Assembly: GCF_000829315.1 (NCBI RefSeq)
Contig: NZ_AP013028.1
Coordinates: 1,080,001 to 1,112,000 of the forward strand
DNA from: Wolbachia endosymbiont of Cimex lectularius
Lineage (GTDB): Bacteria; Pseudomonadota; Alphaproteobacteria; Rickettsiales; Anaplasmataceae
DNA: 32,000 nucleotides
Direction: 5' to 3'
Within the stretch, counting starts at the first letter, position 1. The number at the start of each line of letters is the position of its first letter. Made by a program: the position numbers and the translations under genes. The notes beneath the pieces were generated by a model. It searched no databases. It saw nothing but the letters and a program-made list of their open reading frames with translations, and was not told the DNA's origin. Shown piece after piece: positions 28,968 through 32,000 of the stretch.

Positions 28968-30446
28968 ATGAACAATACTCGAAAAGAAACAATACATATA
29001 ATTGGTATAGGCGGAATTGGAATGAGCGCAATTGCTGAAATTCTTCATAATTCTAATTATAAAGTCCAAGGCAGTGATACGCAATCAAATGACAATACAG
29101 ATAGGTTACAAAAGTTAGGTATAGAGGTTTATATTGGCCACAATGCAGATAACATCAGGCAAGCTCAAATAGTAGTACATTCTTCTGCAATAAAATTCGA
29201 CAATGTGGAGTTAGTTGCAACAAGAGATAACAACAAAACCATTTTGCATAGGTCAGACATACTTGCTGAAATTATGAAAGATAAATATGTGATAGCAGTT
29301 TCAGGTTCAAGTGGAAAGACGACAACAACCGCTATGATTGCCTCTATTTTTGACTACTCTGGTACCGATGCAACTGTAATTGTGGGAGGGATATTGAACT
29401 CCTATCGAAGTAACTCAAAACTTGGCAAGAGTGACATTTTTTTGATTGAAGCTGATGAGTCTGATGGAACTATGCTGAAGATTCCTGCAAACATTGCTGT
29501 TATAACAAGCATTAACGACGATCACATAGACCATTACGGCACATTTGACAATCTCAAAAATGCATTTTCTCAATTCGTGAATAATGCAGGTTCTGCAGTT
29601 TTACCTGATTCTGTAGACATCAATTGTGATGCAGGTAATTCTATAACGTTTGGGTTTGAAGATGTGTCTCCTTCTGTCATCCAATCCTCCTTTGTCATTC
29701 CAGTGCCACCTCCTGTCATCCCAGTGCTTGACACTGGGATCCAGAAAAAAAAATCAGCGTCACACTCTGCAAAAGTGAATAACGTTAGAGCTGCAAACAT
29801 TAAGCAGCATGTTAGCAGCATAGAATTTGATGTGTTGATTGACAATAACCACAGAATAAAGAATGTAGTACTACAAAACGCAATAGGAATACATAAAGTC
29901 AGCAACGCCTTGGCTGCAATATCGGTTGCGGTAAAACTTGGAATTAGCGATGTAGACATCAAAAAGGGCCTTTTGGAATTGAAAGGAGTAGCAAGAAGAT
30001 TTTCTTTAATTGCTGATATTAAAGGCGTTAAGTTAATTGAGGACTATGCCCATCATCCAAATGAAATACAGGCAACTCTGGCAGCAGCGCGCTTGATCAC
30101 TAAAGGAAAGGTAATAGGAATTATCGAACCGCTCCGTTTTGCTCGCATTCGTAATTTTTTTGATGAATTCGTACAAGTTTTTATGATGTTTGACTATGTC
30201 ATCCTCACTCCTGTTCATCCCCCAGAAGATGAGCCTATTCCCGGTTGTAGAATTGATGATATACAAAAAGCCTTAATCAGCAATGGGTTTAGTAATGTAG
30301 AGATTATGAATAATGCTTTGCTCATTTCACATTTCATCAATGATTCGACAAATTCAAGTGATGTAGTACTATTTATTGGTGCTGGTGGTAATATAGCCAA
30401 ACTAGCGAAAGAAACTGCAGCACTTATGTCGAAAATAGAGGTTTAA
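28968..30446 (+). CDS. murC: UDP-N-acetylmuramate--L-alanine ligase (with in-frame repeat insertion)
   Basis: [52 protein letters not shown]-like [21 protein letters not shown] opens at 28677 but the family start is the ATG at 28968. Confidence 0.96.
   Translation: MNNTRKETIHIIGIGGIGMSAIAEILHNSNYKVQGSDTQSNDNTDRLQKLGIEVYIGHNADNIRQAQIVVHSSAIKFDNVELVATRDNNKTILHRSDILAEIMKDKYVIAVSGSSGKTTTTAMIASIFDYSGTDATVIVGGILNSYRSNSKLGKSDIFLIEADESDGTMLKIPANIAVITSINDDHIDHYGTFDNLKNAFSQFVNNAGSAVLPDSVDINCDAGNSITFGFEDVSPSVIQSSFVIPVPPPVIPVLDTGIQKKKSASHSAKVNNVRAANIKQHVSSIEFDVLIDNNHRIKNVVLQNAIGIHKVSNALAAISVAVKLGISDVDIKKGLLELKGVARRFSLIADIKGVKLIEDYAHHPNEIQATLAAARLITKGKVIGIIEPLRFARIRNFFDEFVQVFMMFDYVILTPVHPPEDEPIPGCRIDDIQKALISNGFSNVEIMNNALLISHFINDSTNSSDVVLFIGAGGNIAKLAKETAALMSKIEV
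29662..29775 (+). repeat. Palindromic-element insertion inside murC
   Basis: Contains hairpin CCCAGTG-CTTGA-CACTGGG (29720-29738) and related GTCAT(C/T)C(C)AGTGCC/CTCCTGTCAT units; translated as [34 protein letters not shown] within MurC. Boundaries approximate. Confidence 0.75.
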
Positions 30447-30447
30447 C

Positions 30448-31725
30448 ATGATGAAAAAGATAATTAACAATGTATTTGCAAGAGAAATTTTGGATAGCAG
30501 GGGTTACCCAACCGTTGAGGTAGAAGTTGAGCTCTGCGATGGAGCAACAGATAGAGCTTCCGTACCTTCTGGAGCTTCAACCGGTAAACTAGAAGCCTTA
30601 GAACTGAGGGATCAAGATGAAAAAAGATATTGTGGTAAAGGAGTGCTGAAAGCTGTTCAGTCTGTGAATGGAGTGATAGCAAATGAAATTGTTGGCATGG
30701 ATGCAGCAAACCAGGGTGTGATTGATAAGGCTTTAATAGAGCTAGATGGAACGCAAAACAAATCTAAGCTTGGAGCAAACGCAACTTTAGTGGTGTCTCT
30801 TGCCGTTGCAAAAGCAGCGGCAAACAGTTTCAAAATGCCACTATATAAATATTTAGGGGGAGAGCAGGCAAGTGTCGTGCCGGTTCCACTCATTAACATA
30901 ATCAATGGCGGGGTACATGCGGACAATGAACTCGATTTTCAAGAATTTATGATTCTTCCTGTTGGGGCTGAAACTTTCAGTGAAGCGATCAGAATGTCTG
31001 CAGAGGTGTTTCATAATTTGCGCAGCATTCTCAAGAAAAAGGGTTACAGCACAAATGTAGGAGATGAAGGCGGTTTTGCACCGAATATCGAAAGCACCGA
31101 AGAAGCTCTTAATCTGATAATTCAGGCTGTAGAGTCTGCCGGTTATTCGATGCAAAGTCACTTTGCACTGGGTCTTGACGTTGCTTCATCTACTTTTTAT
31201 GAAGATAAAATTTACAAATTTGAAAATAGAAAGCTTACTTCAGAGGAATTGGCTGGGTACTATTGCGGCCTTGTCGAAAAATATCCTATAATTTCCATAG
31301 AAGATGCGATGAGTGAAGATGACTACGAAGGCTGGAGGTTACTTACTGCAAGGCTGGGAAATAAAATTCAATTGGTCGGGGATGATTTGTTTGTTACAAA
31401 TTGTGAGCTAATACGCAAAGGAATAGAGGAAAAAATGGCAAATGCTGTACTAATTAAACCAAATCAGATAGGAACATTAACGGAAACTTTGGCCGCTATT
31501 GAAATGGCAAAATCGAATGGCTACAAAGCCGTCATTTCTCATCGATCAGGTGAAACAGAAGACACAACGATATCTCATATAGCAATTGCGTCAAATTGCG
31601 GACAAATAAAGACTGGCTCGCTATCGCGTTCTGATAGACTTGCAAAGTACAACGAGCTAATGAGAATAGAAAGCACGCTGGGAGAAAGTGCTAAATACTA
31701 TCGTGGGTTGGCATGGACTTCATAG
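30448..31725 (+). CDS. eno: Enolase
   Basis: [68 protein letters not shown]. Confidence 0.98.
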   Translation: MMKKIINNVFAREILDSRGYPTVEVEVELCDGATDRASVPSGASTGKLEALELRDQDEKRYCGKGVLKAVQSVNGVIANEIVGMDAANQGVIDKALIELDGTQNKSKLGANATLVVSLAVAKAAANSFKMPLYKYLGGEQASVVPVPLINIINGGVHADNELDFQEFMILPVGAETFSEAIRMSAEVFHNLRSILKKKGYSTNVGDEGGFAPNIESTEEALNLIIQAVESAGYSMQSHFALGLDVASSTFYEDKIYKFENRKLTSEELAGYYCGLVEKYPIISIEDAMSEDDYEGWRLLTARLGNKIQLVGDDLFVTNCELIRKGIEEKMANAVLIKPNQIGTLTETLAAIEMAKSNGYKAVISHRSGETEDTTISHIAIASNCGQIKTGSLSRSDRLAKYNELMRIESTLGESAKYYRGLAWTS

Positions 31726-32000
31726 ACGAAGTTAGATTGTATCTAAAGGCTGGTGATGGCGGTGATGGCTGCGCGAGTTTTCGTCGAGAAAAATTCGTCG
31801 AATTTGGTGGTCCAAACGGTGGTAATGGAGGGAAGGGAGGAGACATAGTTTTTGTCAGCGATGCAAATCTCAACACTTTGCTTAATTTCCGTTATAGGAG
31901 ACACATTAAAGCAAACGATGGAAAAAGTGGTGCAAGCAGAGATAGGTCTGGCACAGCAGGAAAAGACGTCGTACTTAAAGTTCCGGTTGGGACACAAATA
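31713..32000 (+). CDS. obgE: GTPase ObgE/CgtA, 3'-truncated by window edge
   Basis: Manual translation [96 protein letters not shown]; starts inside the eno 3' end (13-nt overlap). Confidence 0.96.
   Translation, partial: MDFIDEVRLYLKAGDGGDGCASFRREKFVEFGGPNGGNGGKGGDIVFVSDANLNTLLNFRYRRHIKANDGKSGASRDRSGTAGKDVVLKVPVGTQI

Noticed and set aside
1-32000. CRISPR arrays, cifA/cifB-type genes, rRNA operons
   Set aside because: No regularly spaced direct repeats, no matching protein motifs and no rRNA sequence were seen anywhere in the window.

Overview
The gene content and low GC indicate a Wolbachia (Anaplasmataceae) chromosome. This is inferred from protein families, not from a database search. 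The housekeeping backbone consists of the PEP synthase regulatory protein (partial), rpmJ, a DivIC/FtsB-like protein, an exported intradiol dioxygenase, pepA, elbB, gmk, tRNA-Ser(GCT), ppa, coq7, dsbB, der, argS, an NhaC-type antiporter, ruvB/ruvA, rlpA, murC, eno and obgE (partial). The backbone carries accessory material: a pair of exported repeat proteins (pentapeptide and ankyrin), three near-identical ~860 bp IS5-type elements at about 13.66, 18.15 and 21.75 kb, ankyrin genes, a truncated prophage-type DNA methyltransferase, an Rpn-family nuclease with a frameshifted tail, and a duplicated His/Cys-rich small protein family. The strongest observations are: an IS copy that splits an ankyrin gene exactly and whose empty site can be rebuilt in frame; two genes each split by what looks like one missing base in a homopolymer; an in-frame palindromic repeat insertion in murC; a ~280 bp MITE-like inverted repeat between elbB and gmk; and the His/Cys-rich paralogue pair. 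I found no CRISPR array, no cif-type cytoplasmic incompatibility genes and no clearly new multi-gene defence system.
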